This document shows, piece after piece, positions 18,428-29,187 of a DNA stretch of 64,000 nt. The stretch covers positions 1,824,001 through 1,888,000 of the forward strand of contig OY969695.1 in NCBI GenBank assembly GCA_963701965.1, read 5' to 3'. This DNA is from an uncultured Gemmatimonadales bacterium (lineage in GTDB: Bacteria; Gemmatimonadota; Gemmatimonadetes; Gemmatimonadales; Gemmatimonadaceae). The translations under genes were made by a program, and so were the position numbers. The notes under the pieces were generated by a model. It did no database searches. It had not been told where the DNA came from and worked only from the letters and a program-made list of their open reading frames with translations. Positions within the stretch are counted from its first letter, which is position 1. Every line of letters begins with the position of its first letter.

Positions 18428-18637
18428 CTAGTGGCCGAGTAGCTCGCCGAGTAGCCGCGGCGACACCGCACTCGGTGCCACGCCCAGCTCATCGCGCAGG
18501 AGCTTGCGCAGGCGCTCGGAGACCCACTCCGCCGCCTCCCGCACTGCCCGCTCCCGTCCCTGCTGGGCATACACCTGTTGGGGCACCTCAAGGCCGAGAC
18601 TCGCTGCGATCGTGGATTCCACGGCGTGCGCTCGCAT
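18428..18637 (-). CDS. Small helical hypothetical protein (~69 aa)
   Basis: Fills the gap between genes; amphipathic VREAAEWVSERLRKLLRDELG; no recognised motif. Confidence 0.45.
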   Translation of the reverse strand: MRAHAVESTIAASLGLEVPQQVYAQQGRERAVREAAEWVSERLRKLLRDELGVAPSAVSPRLLGELLGH

Positions 18638-18685
18638 GAACGACGCTGCTGAAACTAGAATCGAAATGCAGCGTAGTGTCGCATC

Positions 18686-19600
18686 ATGCAAGCGATATTT
18701 CTTGGACCTCACGGTCTCCGCGCCGGCTGGCGCACGTTGATCTTTATTGGACTGTTCGTGATCGTTGCGTTTGGTCTGTCTCACCTGCTCGCCGGGACGG
18801 TAAAGGATCTCGTAGCGCAGAGCGGAGGCCAGACCGGCCCGCGCGTCTCCCTATTGAGGGAATTGCCGCTCATCGCTGGCGTGCTGGTCGCCACGTGGAT
18901 CATGGCACGGGCGGAGCATCGCCCATTACTTGCTTATGGCATGGCCGATTGCCGCGCCCTCGCGCGGTTCATGAACGGGACTTTGTCGGGATTCCTGGCA
19001 ATCAGCGTCGAGATCGGACTGTTGGCCGCCTCCGGCCATCTGGTATTCGAGGGCCATGCGCCGGACGCGTTGACTGCTATCCGGTTTGCGGCCGAGTGGG
19101 GCGTCTTCTACCTGCTCGTCGCGCTGGTGGAGGAGAACCTATTGCGGGGGTATCTCCAACAGACGCTCGCGCGCGGCATGGGCTTCTGGCCGGCGGCGGT
19201 TCTCCTGTCGCTCGCCTTCGGTGCTCTGCACGCGGGGAACTCGGGCGAGGAGATCATTGGGCTGCTGGGCGCTGCCGTGGGTGGGTTCGTGCTGGCCTAC
19301 AGCCTCTGGCGCTCGGGATCGCTCTGGTGGGCGATCGGCGCGCACACCGGCATCGGATGGGCGGAATCGTATTTCTACGGCACGCACAACAGCGGCATCG
19401 CCTCGTCCCCCCGTTTCCTGGCGACGCACCCCGTGGGAGCAGGTTGGCTGAGTGGCGCGACCGTCGGCCCTGAAGGCAGCATTTTCTTTCTACTCCTCCT
19501 GCTCGCCCTCGTGCCGGTGATCCGCTGGACGCTTGCGCCGACTGACGTCCGCGACGCGCGACCCCGGTACGCGGCCGCGGATTCGGTGCCGGAGCGATAG
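18686..19600 (+). CDS. CPBP (CAAX/Abi) intramembrane metalloprotease
   Basis: EENLLRG, FGALH, SLWWAIGAHTG, GPEGS; multiple TM helices. Confidence 0.92.
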   Translation: MQAIFLGPHGLRAGWRTLIFIGLFVIVAFGLSHLLAGTVKDLVAQSGGQTGPRVSLLRELPLIAGVLVATWIMARAEHRPLLAYGMADCRALARFMNGTLSGFLAISVEIGLLAASGHLVFEGHAPDALTAIRFAAEWGVFYLLVALVEENLLRGYLQQTLARGMGFWPAAVLLSLAFGALHAGNSGEEIIGLLGAAVGGFVLAYSLWRSGSLWWAIGAHTGIGWAESYFYGTHNSGIASSPRFLATHPVGAGWLSGATVGPEGSIFFLLLLLALVPVIRWTLAPTDVRDARPRYAAADSVPER

Positions 19601-19649
19601 CCCGGCTCGTAGTACGCGTACCCGCGATCGGCGGTGACATACGGACGCC

Positions 19650-19770
19650 CGCACGGCCACTTTGGCCCGCGCCAGCGACTCGGCGAACCGCGCGTCGTGA
19701 AACGGTTTCATGAGATAGTCGACAGCATGGACATCGAACGCCCGCCCCGCGTACCGATCGTAGGCGGTGT
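19650..19770 (-). pseudogene. Fragment of a LytTR-type response regulator receiver domain
   Basis: TAYDRYAGRAFDVHAVDYLMKPFHDARFAESLARAK, without the N-terminus or DNA-binding domain. Confidence 0.7.
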
Positions 19771-19818
19771 CCCCGAACCCCCGAACGACGTTGAGGCTGA
19801 CGTAGTCACCCGCGCACA

Positions 19819-20466
19819 TCAACGCGAGCCGATGCCATGCTCTTTCAGCTTGTCAGCAAGCTGTAAGAGTTCCACGGTGGATCGCCCGGACCGGATGCCG
19901 CGCCGCAGGGCCCTCTCCGTCGTTTCCCGGCGCCGCGCGGCAGCAAGCACGTCCCCGAGGTTCGCGCGGGGCACCACTACGATGCCATCCCGGTCCCCCA
20001 CGATGACGTCGTCCGGTCGGATCTCCACGCCTCCGCAGTCGATAGGGACGTTGACGGATCCCGAGGCGTTCTTCTGCGGTCCCGTGATCGAAACGCCGCG
20101 CGCAAACACGGGAAACTCAAGGGCGAGGATCGCTTCGGTATCGCGCACCGCTCCGTCTATGACCAGGCCCTGGACGCCCACCTGCTGGGCGGCCAACGTC
20201 AAAATGTCACCCCATGCCGCGGAGTCGGTATGCCCGTGCGCGTTCACCACCAGCACGTCGCCCGGCCGCGCCCGGGTCAGCGCGTAATGCACGATGAGGT
20301 TATCACCCGGTCGCGCATCGACCGTCAGCGCAGGGCCGGCTACTCGTCGACGAGGATCGATCGGCTTGATCGCGGCTGGTAACGCTCCCGTCTGGCCTTG
20401 CGCTTCGTGGATGGTCGCCGTTCCGAATCGCGCCAACATCTCGAGGGGGGACGGGCGAGCACGCAT
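19819..20466 (-). CDS. HMG/CHA aldolase (RraA family)
   Basis: GTATIHEAQG, PGDNLIVH, WGDIL, LVIDGAVRD, GDRDGIVVVP. Confidence 0.9.
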   Translation of the reverse strand: MRARPSPLEMLARFGTATIHEAQGQTGALPAAIKPIDPRRRVAGPALTVDARPGDNLIVHYALTRARPGDVLVVNAHGHTDSAAWGDILTLAAQQVGVQGLVIDGAVRDTEAILALEFPVFARGVSITGPQKNASGSVNVPIDCGGVEIRPDDVIVGDRDGIVVVPRANLGDVLAAARRRETTERALRRGIRSGRSTVELLQLADKLKEHGIGSR

Positions 20467-20477
20467 TGCGATGGGAG

Positions 20478-21856
20478 TCAAGGGGTGGCCGTCGTTGATG
20501 CCAAGGGGTGGCGTCCTGATAGGCGCTCGCGACGGCGAGTACGCGTTCGTCTTCGCCGACTCGGCCAATGCACTGCATGGCCAACGGCAGTCCCGCTGGC
20601 GAGAAGCCAACGCACAGGGAAAGAGCCGGATGACCGGTGAGATTGAACGGAATGCGCCATACGCCCTGAGCGGACCGCTCGAGGGCCGTCTCGTCATCCA
20701 TCCGACACGCCGGCGCGGCGACGACAGGGGTCGCGAGCAGGTCGCACGAGGCGAATAGCCGGTCCACCGCCCCGCGGAACGATACCCGCCGTCGGAGCGC
20801 CGCCTCGTACACGCGCCGGGGAATCGAGGCGCCGAGCTCGAGCGCGCGGCGGCAGCGTTCTCCATAACGATCGGGCGCCGCGACCAGCCGCGACCGATGC
20901 AGCGCATAGGCCTCGTAGTGGAGAATAGTCTGAGCGGTGCGCCGCAGTGCTCGGACATCGTCAAGCTGTACTTCGTTGACCTCGGCGCCCAGTGTCTCGA
21001 GGACGGCACAAGCCGAGTCGATGGCAACGCGCGTGTCCTCGTCGGCGCGCGTGTCCTCGTCGGCGCGTGCATCCTCTTGGTCGACAGGCTTCAGCTTGCC
21101 GATGCGACATCCCGCCAGCGCGCGACCCGAACCCATGAATGGCGCAGCGTCGCGGTGGCAGTCGAGAACCCGCAGCAGGAGCCGGCAATCCTCGGCGGTC
21201 CGGGTCATCAGACCAACGTGATCGAGGCTCGGCGCCAGGGCGAGCACGCCGTCGCGGCTCACGCGATCGTACGTCGGCTTGAGGCCCGTTACGCCGCACA
21301 GTGCGGCCGGATTACGAATCGACCCTCCCGTATCGGTGCCGATCGCGAGCGGCACGAGGCCGGCGGCGAGCGCCGCGCCGCAGCCGCTCGAGGAACCCCC
21401 CGGCGTGCGCGAGGGATCCCACGGATTGCGCGCGGGCGGCCACGGCAGGTCGTCGAGCGGCGAGCCAACGCCGCATTCCTCCAAAGACAACTTGCCGATG
21501 AGGATAGCCCCCGCGTCGCGCAAACGGCACACGATGGCGGCATCCCGATGCGCGATCGCGCCGGCGAACGCTCGCGATTGCGCGCGCGTCGAACGGCCCT
21601 GCACGTCGACGACATCCTTGAGCGCAAATGGGATGCCTGCCACCGGTGACAGATGCCGCCCGCTGACGCGCGCCGCATCGATCCGCCGAGCGGAGGCCAA
21701 CGCGTCCTCGGCGTACACCTCTATGAAGGCATGGACCCATCCATTGGTGTGCTCGATGGCGCGAAGTAACTCGACGACATATTCCTGGGCCGAGAGCCGC
21801 CCCGCGTCGAGGAGCGTGCCCGCCTCGCACGCCGAGAGGAAACGCACGTCGGTCAT
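20478..21856 (-). CDS. Amidase signature family protein; 3' end uncertain
   Basis: ALKD, PGGSSSGCGAA, IGTDTGGSIRNPA. The natural end looks like TPWHQRRPP near 20480, but the frame as given runs to 20303. Confidence 0.88.
21028..21063. repeat. 18-bp in-frame tandem duplication in the amidase
   Basis: CGCGCGTGTCCTCGTCGG twice, encoding RADEDT RADEDT. Confidence 0.85.
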
Positions 21857-23028
21857 CGCAGCGGTCTGAAGAACGCTCGGATGTCTTCCGCCAGCAGATG
21901 CGGCACTTCCATCGCGGCAAAGTGGCCCCCGCGCGGCAACGTGGTCCAGTGAACGAGATTGAACGCGCGCTCGACCCAACAGCGCGGCGGCATCGGCAAC
22001 TCCCGGGGAAGACGGACGATGCCGCACGGCGGCGCGATGCGCTGGCCCGCCTCGAGATGCAGCGGCGCCAATCGCGTCTCGCGGTACAGCCGGATCGACG
22101 AATGCGCAGACCCGGTGAGCCAGTAAATCATGACGTTGGTCAACAGCTCGTCGAGGGTGAACGCCTCAGTCGGTTCGTCGGTACAGTCGCTCCAGCGCTG
22201 AAATTTCTCTATGAGCCACGCCGCGAGACCGATCGGGGAGTCGGTCAGCGCATAGGCAAGCGTCTGCGGCTTGGTCGCCTGGATGGCGTAGTACGCGCCT
22301 TCGGCATCGCGCCATTGAGCCGTTCGCTCCAAATAGTCGGACTCCCCGTCCGTCAACGGCGGCGTGCCCGGCGCGAGGTCCGGTCGAAATCCCACCGACA
22401 GGTAGTTCAGGTGTATGCCCTTTACCCGCTCGGGATGACGGAGACCGACTGCCGTGCTGATCGACGAGCCCCAATCGCCGCCTTGGACGCCAAATTGCCG
22501 GTGACCCAGCGCCGTCATCAGCTCGGCCCACATATCGGCAATAGCAAAGACGTTCGTGCCGCGGCGCCTCGGAGGACTCGAAAATCCATATCCTGGAATC
22601 GAGGGCACGACGACGGTGAAGGCATCGCTCGCGCTGCCCCCGTGCGCCTCAGGGTCCGTGAGGAACGGAATGATCTTCAGCATCTCCACAAAACTGCCCG
22701 GCCAGCCGTGCGTGAGTACCAACGGCATCGGGTCGGATCCGCGACCAGTCTCGCAGATGAAGTGCACGCGTTGCTCACCGCGTTCGTACTGAAAGTGAGC
22801 AAACTCGTTCAGCCGCCGCTCTGCCTTGTCCCAGTCATAATCCTGCAGCCAGTATGCATGCAGCCGTTGCATGAAGGAGAGGTCGGCGCCCTCCTCCCAG
22901 CGCATATCCTCGAGCGCGTCCGGCCAGCGCACGGCGCGGAGCTTGTCCTGGAGCGCAGGAAGCGCCGCCGGATCGGCCCGCACACGAAACGGCAGGATAG
23001 CCCCGGAACGACTCGCCTCGACACCCAT
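21853..23028 (-). CDS. Epoxide hydrolase (EHN, alpha/beta hydrolase)
   Basis: LTHGWPGSF, PSIPGYGFS, QGGDWG, DSPIGLAAWLIEKF, GGHFAAME. Confidence 0.95.
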   Translation of the reverse strand: MGVEASRSGAILPFRVRADPAALPALQDKLRAVRWPDALEDMRWEEGADLSFMQRLHAYWLQDYDWDKAERRLNEFAHFQYERGEQRVHFICETGRGSDPMPLVLTHGWPGSFVEMLKIIPFLTDPEAHGGSASDAFTVVVPSIPGYGFSSPPRRRGTNVFAIADMWAELMTALGHRQFGVQGGDWGSSISTAVGLRHPERVKGIHLNYLSVGFRPDLAPGTPPLTDGESDYLERTAQWRDAEGAYYAIQATKPQTLAYALTDSPIGLAAWLIEKFQRWSDCTDEPTEAFTLDELLTNVMIYWLTGSAHSSIRLYRETRLAPLHLEAGQRIAPPCGIVRLPRELPMPPRCWVERAFNLVHWTTLPRGGHFAAMEVPHLLAEDIRAFFRPLR

Positions 23029-23089
23029 TTCACACCTCGCGCACGACGCCTGTTGCGGGACCGGCCAACTGTGCCTACAATATATAGAT

Positions 23090-23103
23090 AATTGTCGACA
23101 ATT
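23090..23103. promoter_or_regulatory. GntR/FCD-type operator palindrome
   Basis: Perfect AATTGTCGACAATT over the regulator start, between the divergent genes. Confidence 0.7.
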
Positions 23104-23748
23104 TCTCCAGGTTTGGTCGAGCAGGTCCGCGGCGCCTTACAGGAGTTGATCCTGTCCGGCGAAGTCCGCGCGGGCGAGCGGCTCAATGAACTCGAGCTCG
23201 CCGGCCGATTCCGCATCAGCCGCGGACCGATCCGCGAAGCGATCCGCGCGCTCGAACACGCGCGCCTCGTCACGGTCGTCCCCAATCGCGGAGCGATCGT
23301 CCGCCGCGTGGATTTGCCGGATGTGCTCGACCTCTACGACGTGCGCGCGGGACTTGCCCGGTCCGCCGGGCGACTGCTCGCCGCCCGAGCCACGAACGCG
23401 CAAATGACTGCCCTGCGGACGCTACACGAGCGTATGCGTCGTGCGGCAGCCACTCACTCGGTCGCCGCCTTCCACTCGGCCAATCGCCGGTTTCACGATG
23501 CGATTCTGGAGTTCGCCGGCAATGCCCGCCTCCGAGAGATCGATCAGTCCGTACGCGATGAACTGCAACTCTACATCCGCCGCGGCAGCCTGGGAGCTGC
23601 GCAGCTCCGGGCCTCGATCGCCGAGCATGACGCCTTTTTGGAGGCGGTTTCGACGGGAGACGCGGACGCCGCGGGTCACGCGCTCGAGCAACACATCCTG
23701 AATGGCAGGCAACGGATGCTCGACAACGTGCAGTCAGGCGAATCCTGA
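23092..23748 (+). CDS. GntR family regulator with FCD domain
   Basis: GERLNELELAGRFRISRGPIREA; NRRFH, AGN, EH...LEQHI. Confidence 0.93.
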   Translation: MSTISPGLVEQVRGALQELILSGEVRAGERLNELELAGRFRISRGPIREAIRALEHARLVTVVPNRGAIVRRVDLPDVLDLYDVRAGLARSAGRLLAARATNAQMTALRTLHERMRRAAATHSVAAFHSANRRFHDAILEFAGNARLREIDQSVRDELQLYIRRGSLGAAQLRASIAEHDAFLEAVSTGDADAAGHALEQHILNGRQRMLDNVQSGES

Positions 23749-23768
23749 CCGCTGCTCTTGTACGCTCG

Positions 23769-25235
23769 CTACCGGACCCTTGTGCCCCTGACGACTCCCG
23801 GCACGGTCAGCCCGACGACTCGACCCGCCCTGTCATGGTCGAACACGACCGGCGTGTCGTCATTCCGCGTGAAGAACGTCGAGTCGGTGTCCGCGAGCAA
23901 CTCTACCTTGTCGATCGCCCGGCCCGCACGCATAAAGAGTCGCCCGCCTTCAACCGTTACCGTATCGAGAAGAAACGCCGAACCGCCCATCGCGATGCGG
24001 TACGTACCGACCAGCCGGGCCAGCGTCAGGGAGTCCTTCGCCACCGCGGTCTTCACGCGCTGGCGATAGTGTGGCCACGCATAGTCGTCGGCGATGCTCG
24101 CCAGGATTTCGTCAATGAGACCGTTGCCTTGATCACCATTGGTCATGATGACAGCACCCTGGCCCCGCGCGGCAAATGCGACGAAAGCGGCGGTGAAACC
24201 GGCATCGTCTCCGCGGTGACCGAACTCCAGGTCGGGACCGCTGCCGTCGAGCTCATACCCGATGCCGTAGCGCGCTTTCTGGACGGTGAGCATCTGCGTC
24301 AGCGTCGCCGTGTTGATGATCTTGCCGGCCTGTCCCGCGTAGGTGCGTTGCAGCTCGATCGCCAGCTTCGCCAGGTCCGACGGCGTGGTCCACAGGCCGG
24401 CCGCCGTCATCTCGGGATAGGTGTGATACTTGCCCTTCACCACGTCACCGGCGCTCGTGTGCCCACTGGCGGCGTTGGGGACAAGGGACAGCGGCAGCGG
24501 CTGTTCGTAGGTGCTGTGCGTCATCCCGACCGGCCCGAAGACTGTCGTCCGCATGAACGCGGGGAGCGACTCTTTCGTGACATCGGTCACCAGCAGCATC
24601 GCCACGGTCAGCCCGCCACCAGAGTACCGGGAGATCGCCCCGGGAATCATATCGACCCGGACGGGCGCTGTATTGGCGGGCGCCTCGCCGTCCAGAATCT
24701 GCACGACCGTGGGGATCGGCGTGCCCGCTTCGTAGCCGGGAAATCCATGCACCGTAAGGCCCGCGCTGTGACTGAGAATGCGGCGGAGGGTCACCTTCTC
24801 CCGGACCGTGAACTCGTTGTCCGGTACCTTCCACGAGATGAGCCTCGCGTTGACGTCTTCATCGAGGCTGAGGCGCCCATCCTGTACTAACCGCATCGCG
24901 CCGACAGCGAACGTCGGCTTGCTGATCGATCCGGCCTGAAACATCGTCTCGGGCGTGACGGAATCCGTTCCGCCCGCCTGCGTCACGCCAAACCCTTTGG
25001 CCCACACGATGCGCCCGCTGTCGATAATCGCGAGACTGACACCCGGCACGCGGTAGTGTCGCATTCGCTCGGCCAGCGTCCACCGTTCCGGGGCCTCGCC
25101 GGCGATCGCGATTGGCGGGCGGAGCCCATCGGGCACGCGCTCCGCGCGCACCGCGTCCGCGCTGGCCAGCGGCGCCGCCTTTCGGGCGCAACCAGCAAGG
25201 AGGATCAAGATCAGGGGCGCAGCGCGTCGGATCAT
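23769..25235 (-). CDS. Serine hydrolase (beta-lactamase-related) lipoprotein with a DUF3471-like C-terminus
   Basis: Lipobox LAGC; FQAGSISK, LSHSAGL, YSGGG, FGHRG. Confidence 0.9.
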   Translation of the reverse strand: MIRRAAPLILILLAGCARKAAPLASADAVRAERVPDGLRPPIAIAGEAPERWTLAERMRHYRVPGVSLAIIDSGRIVWAKGFGVTQAGGTDSVTPETMFQAGSISKPTFAVGAMRLVQDGRLSLDEDVNARLISWKVPDNEFTVREKVTLRRILSHSAGLTVHGFPGYEAGTPIPTVVQILDGEAPANTAPVRVDMIPGAISRYSGGGLTVAMLLVTDVTKESLPAFMRTTVFGPVGMTHSTYEQPLPLSLVPNAASGHTSAGDVVKGKYHTYPEMTAAGLWTTPSDLAKLAIELQRTYAGQAGKIINTATLTQMLTVQKARYGIGYELDGSGPDLEFGHRGDDAGFTAAFVAFAARGQGAVIMTNGDQGNGLIDEILASIADDYAWPHYRQRVKTAVAKDSLTLARLVGTYRIAMGGSAFLLDTVTVEGGRLFMRAGRAIDKVELLADTDSTFFTRNDDTPVVFDHDRAGRVVGLTVPGVVRGTRVR

Positions 25236-25310
25236 CGCGTATCCTCGATATTGTATTCACAGTCGCCGAGTAGGATCGCCGGAATATACGATTGAGCGCA
25301 CCGGCGCCGA

Positions 25311-26284
25311 TCAGGACTCCTTGCCGAACCGCACCAGTCGCGTGTCCCGTTCCCGGCCGGTCGCCACAGTCAGCGGACCGTAGAGATCCGGCCGTCGCAC
25401 CTTGATCCAGCGCCGGCCGGTACAATCGTCGAGCAATCGGGAATCCAAATCACTGACGACCATGTCGTCGTCGGCCTGCGCGGTCTCCGCCAACACGCGC
25501 CCATACGGATCCAGAATCATCGCGTTGCCGGTGCGAATCTCATCATCGTCGACCCCAATGCCATTGGCGAAGACAACGAACAACCCATTGTCATGGGCCC
25601 GCGACGGCAACCACCGCATGAGCCAACCGCGTCCCTTGTCCCCCGTCAACTCTCGTGTCAACGCGGCCATCGCCTCGGCCGACTCGTTGCGGCGATGCCG
25701 AGATGGTCTTGTCCACCGGCTTCATGCCATGCGGGCTGACGGAATTGCAGCCCCCCGTCTGGTGGGGGGCGAGAAGGACGTCGGCACCCATGAGAGCGGT
25801 GATGCGGACATTCTCTACGATGTTGTTGTCATAGCAGATCAGCACACCGACGCGCACACCGTGGGGCGTATCAAACACACAGTATTCGCCCCCGGCAGCG
25901 ATGCTGTCGTGTTCGAAGGCCTGGATCTTTCGATGCCTGTGCACCTGCCCATCGGGCAACGCCACGACGTAGGTGTTGTACATGCGCCCATCCTCGGCGA
26001 CCTCGACCAGCCCCGCGCCCAGGGACATACCGTACTGGCGTGCCAGGTGCACGAGGCGTTGGGTCGAGGGCCCGCCAGGTACGGCCTCCGCCAGCGCCTC
26101 GAGCTGCGCCCGGGTCAGAATGGCGCAGAAACCAATAGCCGACGATCGAACACTCGGGAAATGCGAGGATCTGGACCCCTCGCTCCGACGCCCGTCGGAC
26201 GAATTGCTCGATCTTCGCGAAGTTGGCGATCTTGTCGCCCGCGCTGTGCTCCATTTGCACGGCCGCAACTCGGACATTTTTCAT
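25311..26284 (-). CDS. Nitrilase/carbon-nitrogen hydrolase; frameshifts near 26119 and 25700
   Basis: FPEC, HRKIQ and LICYDNN triad pieces plus GWLMRWLPSRAHDNG and RRPDLY across three frames. Confidence 0.87.
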
Positions 26285-26501
26285 GTCGATCTCCAGTGCC
26301 AGCGCTACCCACCCCCGACTGCCCCATCCACGCGGCGTCCTGCCCCGGAATGGCTTCTACCGCTGTGGGACGGAAGGCGACAAACAAACCAAATGCCCAT
26401 AGGCGGCATCGAACCAAGGTCACGGGTGAGCGCAGAGAGAGTTTCGGCCCTGCCTCAGCTCTGATAGACCCCCCACCTCGAGCCACCGGAAGTCACATAC
26501 G

Positions 26502-28103
26502 ATGCGACTACTTGGCCTCCTAGTGATCACGAGCTGTGCCTGCCCGATGGCAGCCGGCGCTCAGACAGCACCCTCGACGGAGAACGTCGATCGCATCAAG
26601 CACTTGGGAAAGGTCGACTTCGCCACTTCCTGTTCGTCCCAACGGGATGCCTTCAACACTGGCGTAGCCCTGCTACACTCATTTCAATATGACCTCTCCC
26701 TAAAGGTGTTCGACGAGGTGGCGCGTAAGGATCCGCACTGCGCGATGGCCTACTGGGGCCGCGCCATGTCGCTGTACCACCAACTCTGGGATTGGCCCGA
26801 CGCGCAGACGCTGCAACTCGGTCACGCCGACCTCGACACGGCAGCGCACCTGGGCGCCAGAACGGACCGCGAACGCGCCTACATTCGGGCGGCCGCGATT
26901 TACTACGCGGGCGATTCCACGATCAGTACCGCCGCTCGGGCGGTCGCCTATTCGGATGCGATGGCAGAGATTCATCAGCACTATCCGAAGGACAACAATG
27001 CGACCGCCCTCTACGCACTGTCGTTGATTGCCATACGCTCCCCGGACAAGGCAGCCAATATGGCTCGCAGGATGAAAGCCATTGACATTTTGAATGCACT
27101 CTACCTTAAGGATCCAGGGAATCCGGGCCCTACGCACTACCTAATACACGCGACTGATACGCCCGAGCTTGCCCACCTTGGGCTGAACGCCGCGCGGCGC
27201 TACGCCATGGTCGCGCCGGATGCGCCACACGCAGTCCACATGCCTTCCCATATTTTTACCGCACTCGGTATGTGGCAGGAATCCATCCGCTCGAATCTCG
27301 CGTCCGCGGCATTAGCGGAGCGCAATACCAGATCGCAGGCGGACAATGAGTCCGGAGACCAGATACACGCCCTCGGCTTTCTTCAGTATGCCTATTTGCA
27401 GACGGGAAGGGATTCTGATGCGCGTCACATCATTGATGAGATCAGCAAGGTGCCAGGGGCAAGCACCGAAGATGTCACCAACAACGAATCGATGCTCGAA
27501 GTCGCGTACTTGGAGGAAAGTCACGATTGGAAAGGGGCATCAGCACTCGTGGCGCAGGCAGGCAACTATTCAATAATTCGAATGTTGGTGTACGCCGTGC
27601 GCGCCACCGGCGAGGCACGCAGCGGCGACACCGCGGGCGCGCGTATGGATATCGAAAAACTTCGCGACGCCTCCCGCGCTATGGCGGCGGCAATGAAGCG
27701 AATGGGCATGGGCGGGACGCAGGGTGTCGGCGAGAGCGTGAGCGAGCTAGAGGCGGAAGCGTGGTTCGCGTTCGCGACGGGCAAACCAGATGAAGCCTTC
27801 GTTACAATGAAAGCCGCCGCTGATCGCGGCGGCGATTCCATGCGGCTGGGCGGGTTACCCGGAGTACCTGCTGGCGAAATGTTCGGTGATCTTCTGTTGG
27901 AACTCCATCGGCCGGCGGAAGCGCTCGCGGCGTATCAGAACGTCCTTAGCGTGTCGCCAAACCGCTTCGACTCTCTCTACGGTGCGGCCCGCGCCGCCCA
28001 GCTCGCCGGCGACAAGGCCGCTGCCCAACACTACTTGGGGCAACTCAAGCAAATTTCCGGACCTCACGCCGATCGTGCGGAACTTCGCACGGACATCAAC
28101 TGA
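26502..28103 (+). CDS. Secreted TPR-repeat protein
   Basis: Signal peptide; GVALLHSFQY, DPHCAMAYWGRAMS, HYLIH, PHAVHMPSHIF, PNRFDSLYGAARA. Confidence 0.8.
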   Translation: MRLLGLLVITSCACPMAAGAQTAPSTENVDRIKHLGKVDFATSCSSQRDAFNTGVALLHSFQYDLSLKVFDEVARKDPHCAMAYWGRAMSLYHQLWDWPDAQTLQLGHADLDTAAHLGARTDRERAYIRAAAIYYAGDSTISTAARAVAYSDAMAEIHQHYPKDNNATALYALSLIAIRSPDKAANMARRMKAIDILNALYLKDPGNPGPTHYLIHATDTPELAHLGLNAARRYAMVAPDAPHAVHMPSHIFTALGMWQESIRSNLASAALAERNTRSQADNESGDQIHALGFLQYAYLQTGRDSDARHIIDEISKVPGASTEDVTNNESMLEVAYLEESHDWKGASALVAQAGNYSIIRMLVYAVRATGEARSGDTAGARMDIEKLRDASRAMAAAMKRMGMGGTQGVGESVSELEAEAWFAFATGKPDEAFVTMKAAADRGGDSMRLGGLPGVPAGEMFGDLLLELHRPAEALAAYQNVLSVSPNRFDSLYGAARAAQLAGDKAAAQHYLGQLKQISGPHADRAELRTDIN

Positions 28104-28243
28104 ACGGCGTCTTTCGTCGGATTCGTCTATCTTATGTGCCGCCCGGTCTCTTACCCAAGCAACCGCGGCCCGCAAGAGCACCCATCTGACCGCAACCAGA
28201 CGCCGTCCGGCGCTCACCGCCGCGCACATCGACCGTGCCCACT

Positions 28244-29140
28244 ATGTCCCGCGTGCTCCTGCTACTCCTTGGCCTCCCGCTCTTGGGTCCCCAACCACCA
28301 GCGAACGCTAGAGCCGACACGATAGCCGTCACGATCCTCGGGGCGGGCACGCCGTTCCCGGACACCGCGCGATTCGGGTCGGCGATCCTGGTCGAAGCCG
28401 GCGGCAAACGCCTCCTGTTCGACTGCGGCCGCGGCGCCGTCCTCCGCCTGGCGGCCATAGGCCGGAACGCGAGTCAGATCGACGGTCTCTTCCTCACGCA
28501 CCTGCACGCCGACCACGTCGTCGGCATCCCCGACCTCCTGCTCACGGGATGGTTCCTCGGCCGCGACCGGCCGCTCCCGATTTGGGGACCGCAAGGCACG
28601 CGCGGCATGACCGACCATCTGGTCGCCGCGTACGCATTCGATATTCAAAGCCGGGAGGCGCCGCCCGAGCGGCTCCCGCCGAGCGGCATCGCGCTCGACG
28701 TCCACGAGATCGACCAAGGCACCGTCTACAGCGACGGCTCCCTGCGCGTCACCGCCTTCACCGTCGACCACGGCCCCGTGCACCCGGCGTTCGGCTACCG
28801 CGTGGACTACGCCGGCCACTCGGTCGTGATCTCCGGCGATACGAAATTCTCGCCGAATCTGATCCAGTTCGCGAAAGGCGCCGACTGCCTCATCCACGCC
28901 GCGTGGAGCGTCGGCGCCACGAACCCCACACCGCCGGCCGAGCGCACGCTCGCCTCGGCCGAGGACGCGGCACGGGTGTTCGCGGCAGTGCACCCCAAGC
29001 TGGCCGTGGTCACCCACTATCGGGATGCCACCGGCATCGAGCCCACCGTGCGCGCACAGTACGACGGACAGTTCGTGCTGGCCACGGACCTGCTCGCGAT
29101 CGACATCAGCCGCACGGTCACCTGGCGCGCCGCCCGGTGA
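28244..29140 (+). CDS. MBL-fold hydrolase, RNase Z/AtsA-like, with signal peptide
   Basis: LGAGTP, FDCG, THLHADH, SGDT, VVTH. Confidence 0.88.
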   Translation: MSRVLLLLLGLPLLGPQPPANARADTIAVTILGAGTPFPDTARFGSAILVEAGGKRLLFDCGRGAVLRLAAIGRNASQIDGLFLTHLHADHVVGIPDLLLTGWFLGRDRPLPIWGPQGTRGMTDHLVAAYAFDIQSREAPPERLPPSGIALDVHEIDQGTVYSDGSLRVTAFTVDHGPVHPAFGYRVDYAGHSVVISGDTKFSPNLIQFAKGADCLIHAAWSVGATNPTPPAERTLASAEDAARVFAAVHPKLAVVTHYRDATGIEPTVRAQYDGQFVLATDLLAIDISRTVTWRAAR

Positions 29141-29187
29141 ACGACGCGACGGTTGGTTCGGCATCCCGCCCCACGTATGATTCGACC

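Noticed and set aside
20303..20478. Amidase C-terminal extension overlapping the aldolase
   Set aside because: The family-typical end is at ~20480 with TGA one base out of frame after a C run; probably a homopolymer error
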